From positions 6,758,001 through 6,822,000 of the forward strand of contig NC_043016.1 in assembly GCF_006345805.1 (NCBI RefSeq): DNA of 64,000 nt, given 5' to 3'. The DNA comes from Octopus sinensis. Its lineage: Eukaryota. Below the pieces are notes generated by a model. The model was given only the letters and a program-made list of their open reading frames with translations. It was not told the origin of the DNA and did no database searches. Shown one piece after another: positions 26,125-38,961 of this stretch (the stretch's first letter is position 1; each line of letters opens with the position of its first letter). The position numbers were made by a program, and so were the translations under genes.

Positions 26125-29100
26125 GATGATGCTTTCTTTATTAACACGAAAGGGTGACAAAGGTCGAGGACAGTACAAAATGACACAGTGTGGGGTCACG
26201 TAAAATACATGTTGAAAAGGGACATAACATAAACGAAATCAACTCCGAAAGGATGAAAGGCAAAGTCAACCTCGGCGGGATTTGAACCCCAAAATCTAAA
26301 CTGAAAATCTAAGAAATTGTTTCAAAGGTAGAAAGGCTTGAAGACTTCGTTGAAACCATACAAAACCACAATTACACTGATCAATAAAGCGGCTGCTCTT
26401 TCCCAGTTGTTCCTTCTCCGGTCTGCATTCTGGAGACTCGTTCACTCATGTTTGCTATTCTCATTCACCTTTCAATAAATTTGCTGGCGGGTCGGGTAGC
26501 ACTTCCATCCCTATCCTCATTATCCTTTCCAACGGAAACTTCAAATGTGTCTGGGGTCTGACAGAAAACAAATAAAAGGAAACTAATATCATTCGAAACA
26601 ATTAATTTGGCACATTCGCTCTTTGATATGGGTCTGGATTCGATGCGACGAAAGACTTCATAGCCCCGAATAAAAATGCAGAGTTCGTCCTCAGCCTACC
26701 GTATAAAGAAGTTCCAAAGGTGAGGGTGATGGATGTTCCACTAGAAATAAATACCTGGTGGGCAGTAGCATCTGTCTTACCCGATGGCGAAGATTAACTA
26801 ATCACCAGAAAACCATTCGAGTAAGGGTAGAGTTAGTAATCCAAATGTTGCTTCAAGGTAAACTTTTTAATCATGGGAGCAGTCAGGAGAATCTAACCGA
26901 GATGAGCGCAGAAGAGCGAAACTGCTCCGCACACATTCATCCAATGCCTGAGCAATACTGAGTTGTGGAATTACGTCGATCAGCTACAATCTTGTGGAAG
27001 ATCGTCCTGTGTAAAGAATTGACAATTTTCATCCTTCTGGTTGATTTGGCGAAAACGTTTGTGCAGCGAACGAATCTGACAGACCTGAAGACAAGTAGCT
27101 TCTTTCTCTTTGGCCGCTTCAAGGATGGCTTCCTAACAGTGATAGTCGACCCTATCGAATGTTTTCGATTGATCTAAGTTGATCAGGGCTCCACCGAAGC
27201 CAGCTTTAGTCACAGCCCTCTCTATGATGTATCACATAAAATGGAGGTTGTAGATAGACCTGTTCGGGATTGCGCATGGTTGTGTTTCCCCTATTAAACT
27301 ACCAACGAGAAGCGTCAATCTTTTAGCTAACACCTTGGCCAAAATCTTAAACTCTGTGTTTAGTAGAGTTATGGGCTGAAAATTCTTTAGTAAGGCCTCA
27401 CCGTCGACGTCCTTCTTCAGAAGCGTTACCACACCTCGACTAACAGCACTAGGATTTCTCTCGTCCTGTTACTTGCTGCGGTAGACGTCTGGCAAACGAT
27501 CGCCACACCAATCTGGCATGAATACATAGAATTCATAGGGAAGACCATCCAAACCTGACGATTTGCGACTTGTGCAATCGCTCATCACCTCTCGTATTTC
27601 AGTGTCCAATCGTTAACCCATCTTCCTCCCCAAACAGTTTTGCGAAATGCTGCTGAAAAGTTGTACTCATCTGCTCAGAACCATGTAGCACACACCCATC
27701 CTGATCCGTCAAAGACCCGATCGTGGTTTTGGTGCCACGTCGCACCTATACCGCTCGGGCCCATCAGACGGCATTAGTTCCCTCATCTTTTAGCACACGG
27801 TCCTTAGCTCTGACAACGCATCCTTCGTGTTTGGCCTAAAAGAAATGGCCAAGAGCTATTCTCGCCGCTAACACGTCACTCGCGATACCTTTATTAATCA
27901 TCTCTTCTAGTTTGATAACTAGTTCTCTCTCTAATCTATTTCTTTCTATTGCTAACTTTTTGATAAACGTTATCAATTCTGGTCTAATCGCCCTTTTCCG
28001 GGCTATCCGCTATCGGTTGTTGACTATTGTCCCTATCAACTGCCGCTTAAGTAGTTCGCTAATCCGGTCCCTGTAGTCTTTGCGCGCCGGAAAGGGCGCA
28101 ATCAACTTCCCGTAACCGGGTATCTGTCTACGAGCCCTATCGAAATCGACTGTAGATATCACAAATTTGTGGTCTGTGTAGCCGACCGATTTGAATTGTG
28201 GACACCCTATGCTATCCCTATCTGCTGATCTAACAATTACTCTATCTAAATACGATCTGGATAACCCGTTGTTATTCCTCCACGTCTACACTGGTACATC
28301 AGGGAAATCCAGTCGATACCTGTCAGACAGCAGACGCCTAAAGAAATCTGACCTTCCAGCCCCTGTCTGGGCATACCAATCTAAAGGTACCATCTTTACT
28401 GCCATTCACATCTAGGACCGCCGTCCGGGTTCAAGACCTAAGGATTTTCGGAATAAAATTGCTACACTGCTGCCCGCTCCCGACAAACCATAAGCTAAGA
28501 ATGTCTCGTAGTCTTCGAAAATGGATACTAGATCATGCTTCCTGTAAATTTTTATCTCACTAATTACTCTTACAATTGCTGAGATCGTTGAGCAGCTGAC
28601 CCTGCTTCCAAACCGAATCCAGGACCCGAGCATTTACACAGCCTACTTTAACGTAGCCATTTAGGTCTTCAGAGATAACTGTTGACACAATCTTATTTTT
28701 TGTTGAAGGGGCAGGGGGAGTGGCAAAGGGTTTCTCTAGAAAGGTCTTTTTTAGTGTGTGTGTGGGGTACTTATTAAACTCACCAATACCCAGGTGGAAT
28801 TTTTGTTTCAAATCCAGATACGTATACGTATCCGTTTGGATTAACATCCTGTCCTATAGAATTTTCGAGAGGAGTTCCGCAAAATCCTTCTCCACTTGTA
28901 ATGTTTTTAGCAGTTTATTACTTCCTCAATATTGCTCTTCTGAACAACAGAGAAGTTGATGAAGGAAGTACGTACCCGAGAGTGTGACTGTTGGTCATTT
29001 TGTTTTTCGGGTGTTTCTTTTTGTTTTTGTGTTTTTTGTGGTTGTAAATGTGTTTGTAAAAATGGGTTTTCTTGTGATGAAGGTGTTGATGCTAGCGTTG

Positions 29101-29400
29101 ATTTGTTATTTAATTGGGGTAGTGTCGGATTTTGTTTTTTTACTGTCATATTTTAGGGCCTTCAATTTGGGTTTGGTCTCTATTTGCAGCATATTTGTAC
29201 CCCAGTGTCACTTTGTTGGCATGAGCTGCTCTTAATAATAAATGCCGGTAATATAGCATAATCGGTAGAATACTGAACGAGTTTCCTTTATGAGTTTGTG
29301 CTTTGAATTCAAATTCGATGCAGCTGCCTTTGCCCTCTGTTCTTCCTGAGTCGACAAAGGAGTAATCAGCCATTTCGCTATATTCAATGGATAGAATTTC
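26125..29400 (-). mobile_element. Degraded L1/Tx1-clade LINE (ORF1 remnant, APE endonuclease, RT, 3' UTR; internally deleted)
   Basis: VKVGCVNAR and GYTDHKFV (APE); NFQPITLLNTEFKILAKVLAKRL and LDQSKTFDRVD (RT); AATAAA near 26140 on minus; SINE fragment at 26245-26292. Confidence 0.85.
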
Positions 29401-30238
29401 ATCGTTTTATTGAAATCACGAATGAAACGAATGAGTAAGAATCAATACCAGTGGGAGAATTATTAGAGAGTTGGATAAATATATCCTATGGCATTTGTTG
29501 CAGCCCTTTGCAAGTTTAGCTATCAGTCAGCAGTCTAGACCAGTGCATTGCCTTTACACAGACAGACACACACACAGACACACAGACAGACACACAGACA
29601 CAGACACACACACACACACGATGACTATCCCTTAGACGTGTATAATTATTACGTACAATTAGAAAATTTATTGTCAACAAAGCGTTGGTGAAATTTTAGT
29701 CGATAACAGCTTGCACAAAATTGCAATAGACTCATTATATCAGGCAACACGTTTTGTTCATCTCAAATTTTGTGTATGTATTTGGATCATCGAGCAAAAG
29801 CAAAAAAAAAAAAAAAAGAATGAATCTGTCAATTCGTAAATAATTTTTGCTTTGCATAGATATTTTATGTAATACAATGTTCATCTAGAGCTGGATATTC
29901 GTTCCCCTTTTATTCCTTCTTGCAGAAACAGCGACCCCTCTCAGATGTTTTCTAATATATGTCGTTGAAAGTCATTTGCAAGCGAGGTTGATTTGGTAAC
30001 ATGCATCACACTTCTCTAATTGGTTTAGTTGGCCTATATAGTCCTTCACTCTTGAACTAGTGGAACATCAGGATGTAATAGCTTGCAGCAGCACTGGACT
30101 CATGCCAGTTTACGACAGAGTGGACTGGAGCAGCGTCAAATGAAGCGCAGCGGGAATACATGACTTTTATGATCGCGAGTTCAATACTCTAAATACGTCC
30201 GTGAATTCACCGTCTTCTGCTAGTCTTTACTATCAGGG

Positions 30239-30284
<46 letters not shown>

Positions 30285-30470
30285 TACTAGGGATTATCTA
30301 CGGGAAGGGAGCTAGTCGATTACACCGACTCCAGTTTTCCGCTGTAATTATTCTGTTACCGCGTAAGGGATGAAATGCAAAGTCGACATCGGCGGAATCA
30401 GGGCATAAAACCGGAAGAAATGCTGCTAAGCATTTTAACCAGCACAGTAACAATCCTGGCAAACCAGGAT
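30285..30470 (-). mobile_element. Degenerate SINE S1
   Basis: GGGATGAAATGCAAAGTCGAC central domain, GCTAAGCATTTT. Confidence 0.6.
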
Positions 30471-30622
30471 TTTCTATATTTCTTCAAATAATGAGATCAT
30501 TTATGTAAAATTGATGTAGCTCAGTTGAGGAATCGTTAGATTGAAAGTGCAACGATTCCTAGTTCTGCTCCAGGCCTCAGCATGTTGATCAAATACTGTT
30601 TATTTTCATAATATTATTATTA

Positions 30623-30840
30623 CCAGAACCGTTAGCACGCCGGGCGAAATGCGTAGCCGTATTTCGTCTGCCGTTACGTTCTGAGTTCAAATTCCGCCGA
30701 GGTCGACTTTGCCTTTCATCCTTTAGGGGTCGATAAATTAAGTACCAGTTACGCACTGGGGTCGCTATAATCGACTTAATCCTTTGTCTGTCCTTGTTTG
30801 TCCCCTCTATGTTTAGCCCCTTGTGGGTAATAAAGAAACA
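30623..30840 (+). mobile_element. SINE S1, well preserved
   Basis: GAGTTCAAATTCC B box; GAGGTCGACTTTGCCTTTCATCCTTTAGGGGTCGATAAATTAAGTACCAG. Confidence 0.9.
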
Positions 30841-30972
30841 AATATTATTATTACCAATTGAAGTTTCAGTACTTTGTCTTTCTTAGAAGTTCTGATCACA
30901 TGTATGTATATTGCTGCATAATCATCAGTATTATAAAGTATTGAGGAAAAGCAAGTTGATTTTATTGTTTAA

Positions 30973-31340
30973 CTAGCACTATGACCCGGCAACGCCGGGT
31001 CATAGAGCTAGTTCATGCATATACAGCTGCGTACGTGAACACATACATGCGAGTACTGTCCAAATCTCCGACCAATCACATACAGCTAGTTGGCATTCAA
31101 TTGGCGTATCAAGTTTCGGGCATTTTGATTGGGTTTTGGATAGAAAATTCGCAAAAAAGTCACTTCTATTGATTTTTTAATGGCTTTGCGGGGTGACTGG
31201 GGAAATGTAAAGATGTGCACGATCACCCTTGGATAATTTTGAATAACCATAGAAAGTGCGAGCACTCTAGCTGAAAAATTGTGGATTTGTATAAAGGACA
31301 CACACACAGACAGACATTTTGCCATTTATATATAGAGAGA
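30973..31340 (-). mobile_element. Non-autonomous Helitron
   Basis: 5' TC, 3' CTAG, A|T target; perfect 12-bp hairpin 30979-31005. Confidence 0.85.
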
Positions 31341-31707
31341 TTAACACAAGGAAAAGCGTTTAATTTCGTAAAAACTTCTGAAATAAAAGTATTTAACAAA
31401 TAAAATAACTGGCAAAGTAAAAATTTAATGTTTCCTTATTTTCCAAATGAATACATTTAACAAATAAAACAATTTTCAAACTAGAAAAATATGGAACAGT
31501 TTAGAAATTTAAAGGGCTTTGAAGAAGCCATTTTTCTACAAATGCTTTAATTCTATAAATTAAACATTCTTCTATAAATGCTTTAATTTCCTTCTAACCA
31601 GGGACCCTGTATAGACTCCCATTATTATAGTATCCAAGCAGAAACCTTTTCTAATCTTACAACATCTTGGTGAAACCTTTCTCGTGCTCCTGAACAACGT
31701 CCGTGAA

Positions 31708-31893
31708 CATTACTTACATTATTTACATTATTTACATTATTTACATTATTTACATTCGACGGATATTCATCCTCATCTTGTTTGTTGTTAACACAAAGTT
31801 GTGTTAACAACAGACAGGATGAGGACAAATATCCGTCGAATGTAAATAATGTAAATAATGTACACAATTCCTCATCTTTTAAATATAAAAACT
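31708..31893. mobile_element. Fold-back insertion of family H1 with 12-bp target-site duplication
   Basis: TSD AACGTC(C/A)GTGAA at 31696-31707 and 31894-31905; inverted arms meet at GTTAACAC-AAAGTT-GTGTTAAC. Confidence 0.85.
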
Positions 31894-32756
31894 AACGTCA
31901 GTGAAGTTTCGGGGAAAATACATCAAGATAAGAACGCAAGAAATGCATTTTTAAAAATATATAGTAGATCATGTTTTTATAACTTTCATTAAGTGTTACC
32001 ACTAGCTCTTTGAAGTTCGGAACTTTGCAGATCCCAAGAAATCACATCGAAGTATACACCTTGCTCCCTGTTCGTTTTTACTGACCCCTAATTTTTTTTT
32101 GTCATCACATTTGCTTATGGTCCAACAAATTTACCATCTTAGACTTTGGTATCAGAAAGCTTTGGAAACATAAAATATGATGCAGATTGATACAGCTTCT
32201 TACCCAAAAACCTTAGGTCTTCACAAATTGTTTCCGCAGCAAAAGTGGGGCCGACAAAAATTTTTCAGTATCCGTAAGATAGTTTAACAACATTTAACTT
32301 CCTGGCTGTAATTTCTGTTACGGGCCTAACAGAACTTTTTGAAAATGATCCGACAAGAACTTGCTATCGCATAAGCAAAAGAAACACGAACAATCTATGA
32401 TCCCCTATGCAAACAAAGCATAAACGCAGGACCATTGAACCAGCTCCACTGCATATTATTTAAATTCTGCATTGTGATTTTGGTATACAACTGCTTAACA
32501 TTTTCCCAGTATTCTTTAATTTGAACTGAATACGCAAGAAGTAGAGTTAGGTGTTAGTTAACCTGATCGAAGACATCCAATATACATACATTACTTACTA
32601 TAATGCTTCTATGTTGATTTCTGAAAAGTTGAATTCTGTAAGCTCATTTATCAGTCAGAAAACACTAAACAAAACGCTAACATCCTTGCAGATTTCCTCT
32701 AACATCAGAGCGAGTTGAACATTCTTCATGCATTTTCCTGTACATATTAGTTTTTG

Positions 32757-33216
32757 GGATCTTTTCGATTTGAACGACAGTTTTTAACATAATTTCTAGG
32801 TAACTAAAAAATTTTAAACTTCGCATACTGGTAGAATGTGTTTATAAAACATCTTTTTCTCTTGGTTTTATTGAGAAAATTCTATAGTTTGTGAGATATT
32901 TGGTCCTTAATTTCTTGCATTTCGGCAATTAAAATAAATCAATGACCGTCTATTGAGGTGAAACCAATCTGTGCCGTCTGAATATGTCCCTCGTTTAAGA
33001 AACAGATTGGGTTTATTTACATTTGTGAAGAAAAAAAGATACCCTTCCCCCACCACTAACCCTAACCCTAACCCTAACCCTAACCCTAACTAACCCTAAC
33101 TAACCCTAACCCTAAAACAGATTGAAATGCAATAGATCGATACTACGGTCATAATTACGTGTGACAATTTCATATGACACCGCTAGAAAAAACTGCCGTT
33201 CAAACCGAAAAGATTC
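32757..33216. mobile_element. MITE with about 29-bp TIR (GGATCTTTTCG..) and 8-bp TSD, Merlin-like; internal (CCCTAA)n
   Basis: TIRs at both ends; flanks AGTTTTTG / AGGTTTTG; second copy 62031-62444. Confidence 0.85.
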
Positions 33217-33604
33217 AGGTTTTGTAATCCTCCTGCATCAAACTGCAGTCTTTTTACCTTGATGATAATCGTCAGTTTTTGGCATATGATTTCAAGTACG
33301 TCAAAATGTGTTTTTAGATATGCATAAATAAGATTTTGGATACGTCAGAATATAGCTTTTGGTACGTAATTAGAAGAAATATTCATTATAAAGTTAGCAA
33401 CTCTAAAAATTAAAATCAGTAATTACCGGTGTATCTTTGTAACAAGTTAATGATAAAGTAAAACTCATGCATTTTTGAAGCCTACCCGAATTTAGAAAGA
33501 CTGCAAAAATCTTGCTACACAAAATTGTTTTTGAAAAATTTGATATTTGTCGTAATTTGTAATGCACTAAACAACATTTTTGGATTGTAAACTATTGTAA
33601 ACAT

Positions 33605-33768
33605 AGGCGTAGGAGTGGCTGTGTGGTAAGTAGCTTGCTTACCAACCACATGGTTCTGGGTTCAGTCCCACTCCCTGGCACTTTATGTAAATGTCTTCTA
33701 CTATAGCTTCATGGGGACTAAAGCCTTTGTGAGTGGATTTGGTAGACGGAAGCTGAAATAAGCCCGTC

Positions 33769-33827
<59 letters not shown>

Positions 33828-34022
33828 ACATGAGAAAATGGAGAAACATACTTCTCCATTTTCTCATTTTGTATTATTAATTTACGGTAATATTTTTACC
33901 CTTGCCCACATAATACAGTAGATGAATTAATTGCACCGCAATTTTTAACATTTATGTATTAGTCTTGTATATTGGATATATGCTATCCCATGGTGGGTTG
34001 AATTTACAACCCCTATCTCATT

Positions 34023-34065
<43 letters not shown>

Positions 34066-34067
34066 TA

Positions 34068-34101
<34 letters not shown>

Positions 34102-34285
34102 TCCCCCCAACATCAATTGACAACTGATGCTGGTGTTTACGTCCCCGTAACTTAGCGGTTTGGCAAAAGAGACCGATAGAGTAAGTACTTGGCTTGCAAA
34201 GAATAAGTCCTGGGCTCGATTTGATCGACTAAAGGTGGTGCTCCAGCATGGCCGCAGTCAAATGACTGAAACAAGTAAAAGAGTA
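33605..34285 (+). mobile_element. SINE S2 split by an insertion in its internal (TA)n(GT)n tract
   Basis: 5' half 33605-33772 and 3' half 34095-34285 match 43971-44383; foreign segment 33826-34026. Confidence 0.85.
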
Positions 34286-35345
34286 TCCAAAAGCGCTGTG
34301 TGATACAGTATGACCTTCAAAAGTGCATGCCATATACTTTTGATAAACATACATCTCTGGTTTTATCCCAACACAGGCAGAAAAATTGTATTGATCTGAA
34401 TATTTTCTACTCTTTTTAGAGCTTTATCAAACACAAATACCTATCTACAGTCTATTGTGTTTTTAGCAACATATGGTTATTTAAAGGATATACAAACTGT
34501 GGTTCAGCTAAACTGATCTAATTTTCATATCAAAGGATGCGTTGACAACGGGAGTTAATTTATTAATCTACAGTGTTCTACACAATATTTGTGGATAATA
34601 TCGAATCTAAGATATATCTCCCCGTCTGTGTGCACTATCTATAACTGTAAGTTCTAATCTATCCATAGATAAAAGGTGGGTAATTTTCCTCCGATAATGG
34701 TCTAAGAAGACTACAAATCTGTCACTTATTAATATATTTTCTACCGCAGATAGATAACATTTGAGATGTAACAACTTTCTTTATTTTCACAATGTGGCCA
34801 ATGTACGCTTATTATAAAAAGCTGTAAATTACAATTCAAATAATAGAAAAATCCCTAGGATTGTTCTGGTATGAGCTTTCATAATCTGATCGGTAGTATT
34901 CTTCTACCTATTAACACAGACGTAACCGAAAAAAAGTTCTTGCTCCTTTGTCTATCATGAAAACTAACATTCTTTTACCTTACCACTTTAGCATTTCAGT
35001 AAATTTTTAAACCTATTTTAACACGCAAATTTTGTTTGTTGATACCATAACACTGTTCGATGTCTGTTATAAAACTTAAAGCTTATTAATTTTATTATGC
35101 AATATCTCTGAGGATTTGATTTTGAAATCTGTTTATGAGGTTTTTCCCTTACATAACGTATACTACTGTTAATGAAACACATATAAGATGACGGAATTAA
35201 ATACTTTATGAAGAAATTCACTCTCCAGTTTTGTTTTACACACACACACACGCACGCACTCACTCACACACGCACGCACTCGCGTACTCACTCACACACT
35301 CACACACACACACACACACGTACTCACTCACACACAATACTCACT

Positions 35346-35374
<29 letters not shown>

Positions 35375-35376
<2 letters not shown>

Positions 35377-36300
35377 ATACCCGGCGTTCCCGAGAAAATA
35401 AAGAAATTTAAAAACGCCGTCTAGATTGTGCAGTAATCTAGTAGCTGAGATAGCAACTTTCTACATTATAATAACTGTCCAACCCATGCCAGCATGGAAC
35501 ATAGACGTTAAGTGAAGTATTAAAAGAAAATGTTCAACTCATATGTATATAAAGTAAATACACGTACATCAAACACACGTTTTGTCTAGCTTATTTCGTA
35601 ACCCAAAAACTAGTATAGATTACAAACGATGAACTGCTGGATCATAATTGAAAGCTGCTTCATAGAAGTTGCTTCTCTGAGCTGTTGCAACTGCGCTTCG
35701 TTCTGCAGTGGAAATCCTATTCCTTGTCAGTCATGCATACCTCTGTTCTTAATTTTAAGTTGCCCTGGCTTTTGTAATGCACAGTCTGTTCGTTTCTTGA
35801 CGTGCTTCCCTTTCTGCAGCTGTCTCTCTTTCCTTGGACAGAGACATTCTTTTGACTGGCTTTGACGTTCTAGATAAACTTGACGCTTTCCTTCTAAGAT
35901 ACATATACAGAAATAAACGGGTGCAGAAGATAGTAAATAATGAAAATAACTTGGCAACGGAAATTATGTTTCTTAATACAACAGGTAAAAAGTAAATAAG
36001 AAATGTTTACGAAAAATAAAGAATTGTACGGGTCAAAGCGAAATTTGTCACTCAGTGAACCAAAGAGCCAGTATCGAAGGAACCAGAGAAAAACCGTCAA
36101 CAGCAGAAAAACACAAAACCATTGCAAAGTAAATAAGAGATTTTTAGGGAAATTAACTAAGCCGTGCGGATTTAGTGAAATTTTTGAAGTTACTTCTGTC
36201 AGTAAATTATGAATTTACTTTTATCAGTAATTCCGTCGAAAAAACCACCAAAAAACACTAATTTGATCTCGGATACATGTTAGGCTCTTCATTTGATTTT
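35375..36300 (-). mobile_element. Internally deleted Helitron carrying RepHel N-terminal remnant
   Basis: Minus strand MYLRRKASSLSRT..ERETAAEREARQETNR..FYEAAFNYDP (35625-35905); degenerate 3' hairpin CGGGAACGCCGGG near 35378; 5' limit uncertain. Confidence 0.6.
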
Positions 36301-36396
36301 TTTAATAAAAAGTAAAAAATATTGCTTTTTATAAAGGAAATTAGTCATGTAACACAAATATGGAAGCAATAGTGAAGCTGTTTTCGCATCTCTATT

Positions 36397-36445
<49 letters not shown>

Positions 36446-36713
36446 TATATATATAATATATATATATATTTATAACCACATTCACAATTACTTTTATTTG
36501 ATACTTAATTATACTTTAGAGATACATATGTTTTATTACCATATCTTATTCTTTATTTTTATTTTCATTTTTATAATAACTTCGATAAATATACTACCTC
36601 CCCCCTTTGTAAGGTTCATACCATGTTCTTTCTATAAAACATATATCAGTTAGGGGATTTGCTCCCTACACTCAACACACAATAATATGAAAATGTAAGG
36701 GTATATCTTTTTC

Positions 36714-36794
36714 CACCTCTGATTCAGCTTTAAAATGATTTTAATTATACTAATTAATTTCTAAAGTTTTGAATCGAAACAGCAGTCAGAGATG
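36714..36794 (+). ncRNA. Hammerhead remnant lacking the CUGAUGA box
   Basis: CACCTCT/AGAGATG helix I, GATTCA/TGAATC helix II, GAAAC-AGCA-GTC. Confidence 0.55.
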
Positions 36795-37019
36795 AAGTCC
36801 AGTTTTGCAATTAATAAATAATTATTAATTTAATTATCTCTATTTTCTTATTTTCTTAAAAATATATAAAACCCCGGTTTATCCAATTACCTTACAGTTG
36901 AATATTAAATATAATATTTAATGCGTTTTGTAACAAGTAATAAACCAGTTTATTCATTGGGTTTTATTATCCCTTAATGAGGTTTGTAACCTTTAAATGA
37001 ATGTATATATATACATATA

Positions 37020-37021
37020 TG

Positions 37022-37116
<95 letters not shown>
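37020..37116. repeat. (TCTA)n
   Basis: Direct reading. Confidence 0.97.
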
Positions 37117-37117
37117 A

Positions 37118-37321
37118 TAACGGGAAGCTTTATGAAAATAAACAAAAGACGAAGGCAGGTGGAAAACAAACGAACAATTGTATTAGTATGGCGCTCAGGA
37201 AATATAAATAAAACAAGTCTTTAACGTTTCGAGCCTACGCTCTTCAACAGAAAGATACACAGAGAGAGAAAAACACAGAAAGAAGGAGAGAAAAAAAATG
37301 CGTGCAGTAGCTAACGAATCA
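37118..37321 (-). mobile_element. Short repeat family H3 with variant hammerhead-like motif (37218-37255)
   Basis: Reverse complement of 40032-40246; TCTTT-CTGTTGA-A-GAGC(GTAG)GCTC-GAAAC-GTT-AAAGA. Confidence 0.8.
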
Positions 37322-37339
37322 ACATATATATATATATAT

Positions 37340-38530
37340 ACATATTTCATTAATGGGATCATTCCCAACACAAAGATCAGCAGGGACACACTGTCCCACT
37401 GGAAGATACCCCTCTTGATTTTCACCTCTCCTAATACTTGGTTTCCTGCTGTCAATTCCGTTCTCCAGCACTTCATGCTATTCCAAATAAGGCTTCTCAT
37501 ATATTCTGCTACTCCATACATTTCCATTGTTCATATTATTCAGGAGTGTGATATCATATCGTATGCTTTACGATAGTCAACCCATGCCATGCTCAGGTTT
37601 GTGTGTCTATGTATCAACACAGTTCTCCGGCCAAAGCACCTGACATTAGTTTCCACATAAGCAGAATGCACCTTATTGGTCTAAAGTTGGATGCAGCATA
37701 TCTCTTTTCAGGATCCTTGGCAGATAATGTCTTTCCCTTTGTCATCCAGCTGCGCCTTCCTGCAAGCATTCATCTAGCTGTTGCGCCATCTATGGAGCCT
37801 TCTCAGCTTCTTCATTCAATAACATTGGACCCCATCCGGGCTTGGGCTCTTCCAATTTGGGAATTTTCTTAATTGTTCTTTTATCATTTTTGTAGTTATT
37901 TTTATGTCTTCTTGGCCTTCTATATTTCTTAACTTATCTTGGATTTCATGCAGCCACTCCACTTCATCATTATGCTCTACAGGCTGGTCTCAGATCCCTC
38001 TCCAGAATGCCTTGCTTTCCTCTATATCTGGCATCGTTGTTACGTGTTTTTTGCCCATCTAGTTCCTGAAACAGTTTCTTCTGATTTGTTTCAAACAATC
38101 TGTTTTGTCTGAATTGTTTTGTTATATCTTTCCAGTTTTTCATTGATTGTTACTACTCTTTGTTTCAATTCTTCCAATATCGCATCATATTCTTTGTCGC
38201 TTATTCTATATGTTCTTTCCAGCATTATTCTTATTTCCGTCCTACTCAATCTATCAACTTGTCCTAAATGTCTTTTTAACTTTGTTTCTTAAAATTTCGT
38301 CTACACCAGGATTGTTTCTTTACGTTCTGTTTGATCTCTCCTTTTGCATCCAACTCTATATGCAAATGATCCTGTTAGTTTCGGTTATATTTGTCGTCTG
38401 GAATAGTACAAGGATCGAATCTATCTTTTCGATTTCAGTCTTGAGCTTGCGCCGATGAGTATACCTCAGGTTGGGGGTGGGGGTGCTTGATCCTGCTCTT
38501 CTCTAATACATCGGCACAACATCCTCAATA
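37340..38530 (-). mobile_element. Degraded R4/Dong-like LINE, N-terminal region to RT
   Basis: LKTEIEKIDSILVLFQTTNITETN; WRTELTAGNQVLGEVKIKRGIFQWDSVSLLIFVLGMIPL. Confidence 0.8.
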
Positions 38531-38613
38531 TGTCTTGTTGGTCATCATCGTATTCTTCTGATATAACTTATACACACACACGTGCACACACAAACACACA
38601 TATTTGTATATAT

Positions 38614-38832
38614 TCTTTTATTCTTTTACTTGCGACCATGCTGGAGTACCGTCTTTTAGTCGAGCAAATCAATACCAGGACATATTCTTTGTAAGCCTAG
38701 AACTTATTCCATCGGTATCTTTTGACGAACCGCTCGTTACGGGGGCGTAAACACACCAGCATCGGTTGTCAAGCGATGTGGGGGGAATAACACACACAAA
38801 CACACACCACACACCACACAACGCGCACACAC

Positions 38833-38885
<53 letters not shown>

Positions 38886-38961
38886 GGCTTCTTTCAGTTT
38901 CCGTCTACTAAATCCACTCACAAGGCTTTGGTCGACCGAGGCTATGGTAGAAGACACTTGC
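38614..38961 (-). mobile_element. SINE S2 lacking its head
   Basis: Reverse complement of 44050-44383. Confidence 0.85.

Larger units (their letters stand above)
31620..33450 (-). pseudogene. Chapaev3-like (CMC superfamily) transposase remnant with two nested insertions
   Basis: YSVQIKEYWENVK; EKFLSAPL..KQFVKTL; FPKLSDTKV*DGKFVGP; PNFKELV; MHFLRSYLDVF; ERFHQDVVRLE; family assigned from recalled motifs. Confidence 0.75.

Noticed and set aside
30623-30700. tRNA genes at SINE heads (also 10469, 33605, 43971, 59917)
   Set aside because: A/B boxes run into SINE bodies; no acceptor stem or complete cloverleaf.
33057-33113. True telomere or chromosome-fusion site
   Set aside because: Short, imperfect tract lying inside a TIR/TSD-bounded MITE.
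34300-35200. Degraded LINE RT on minus strand or host exons
   Set aside because: One weak FDKA-like word, no continuous frame or second motif.
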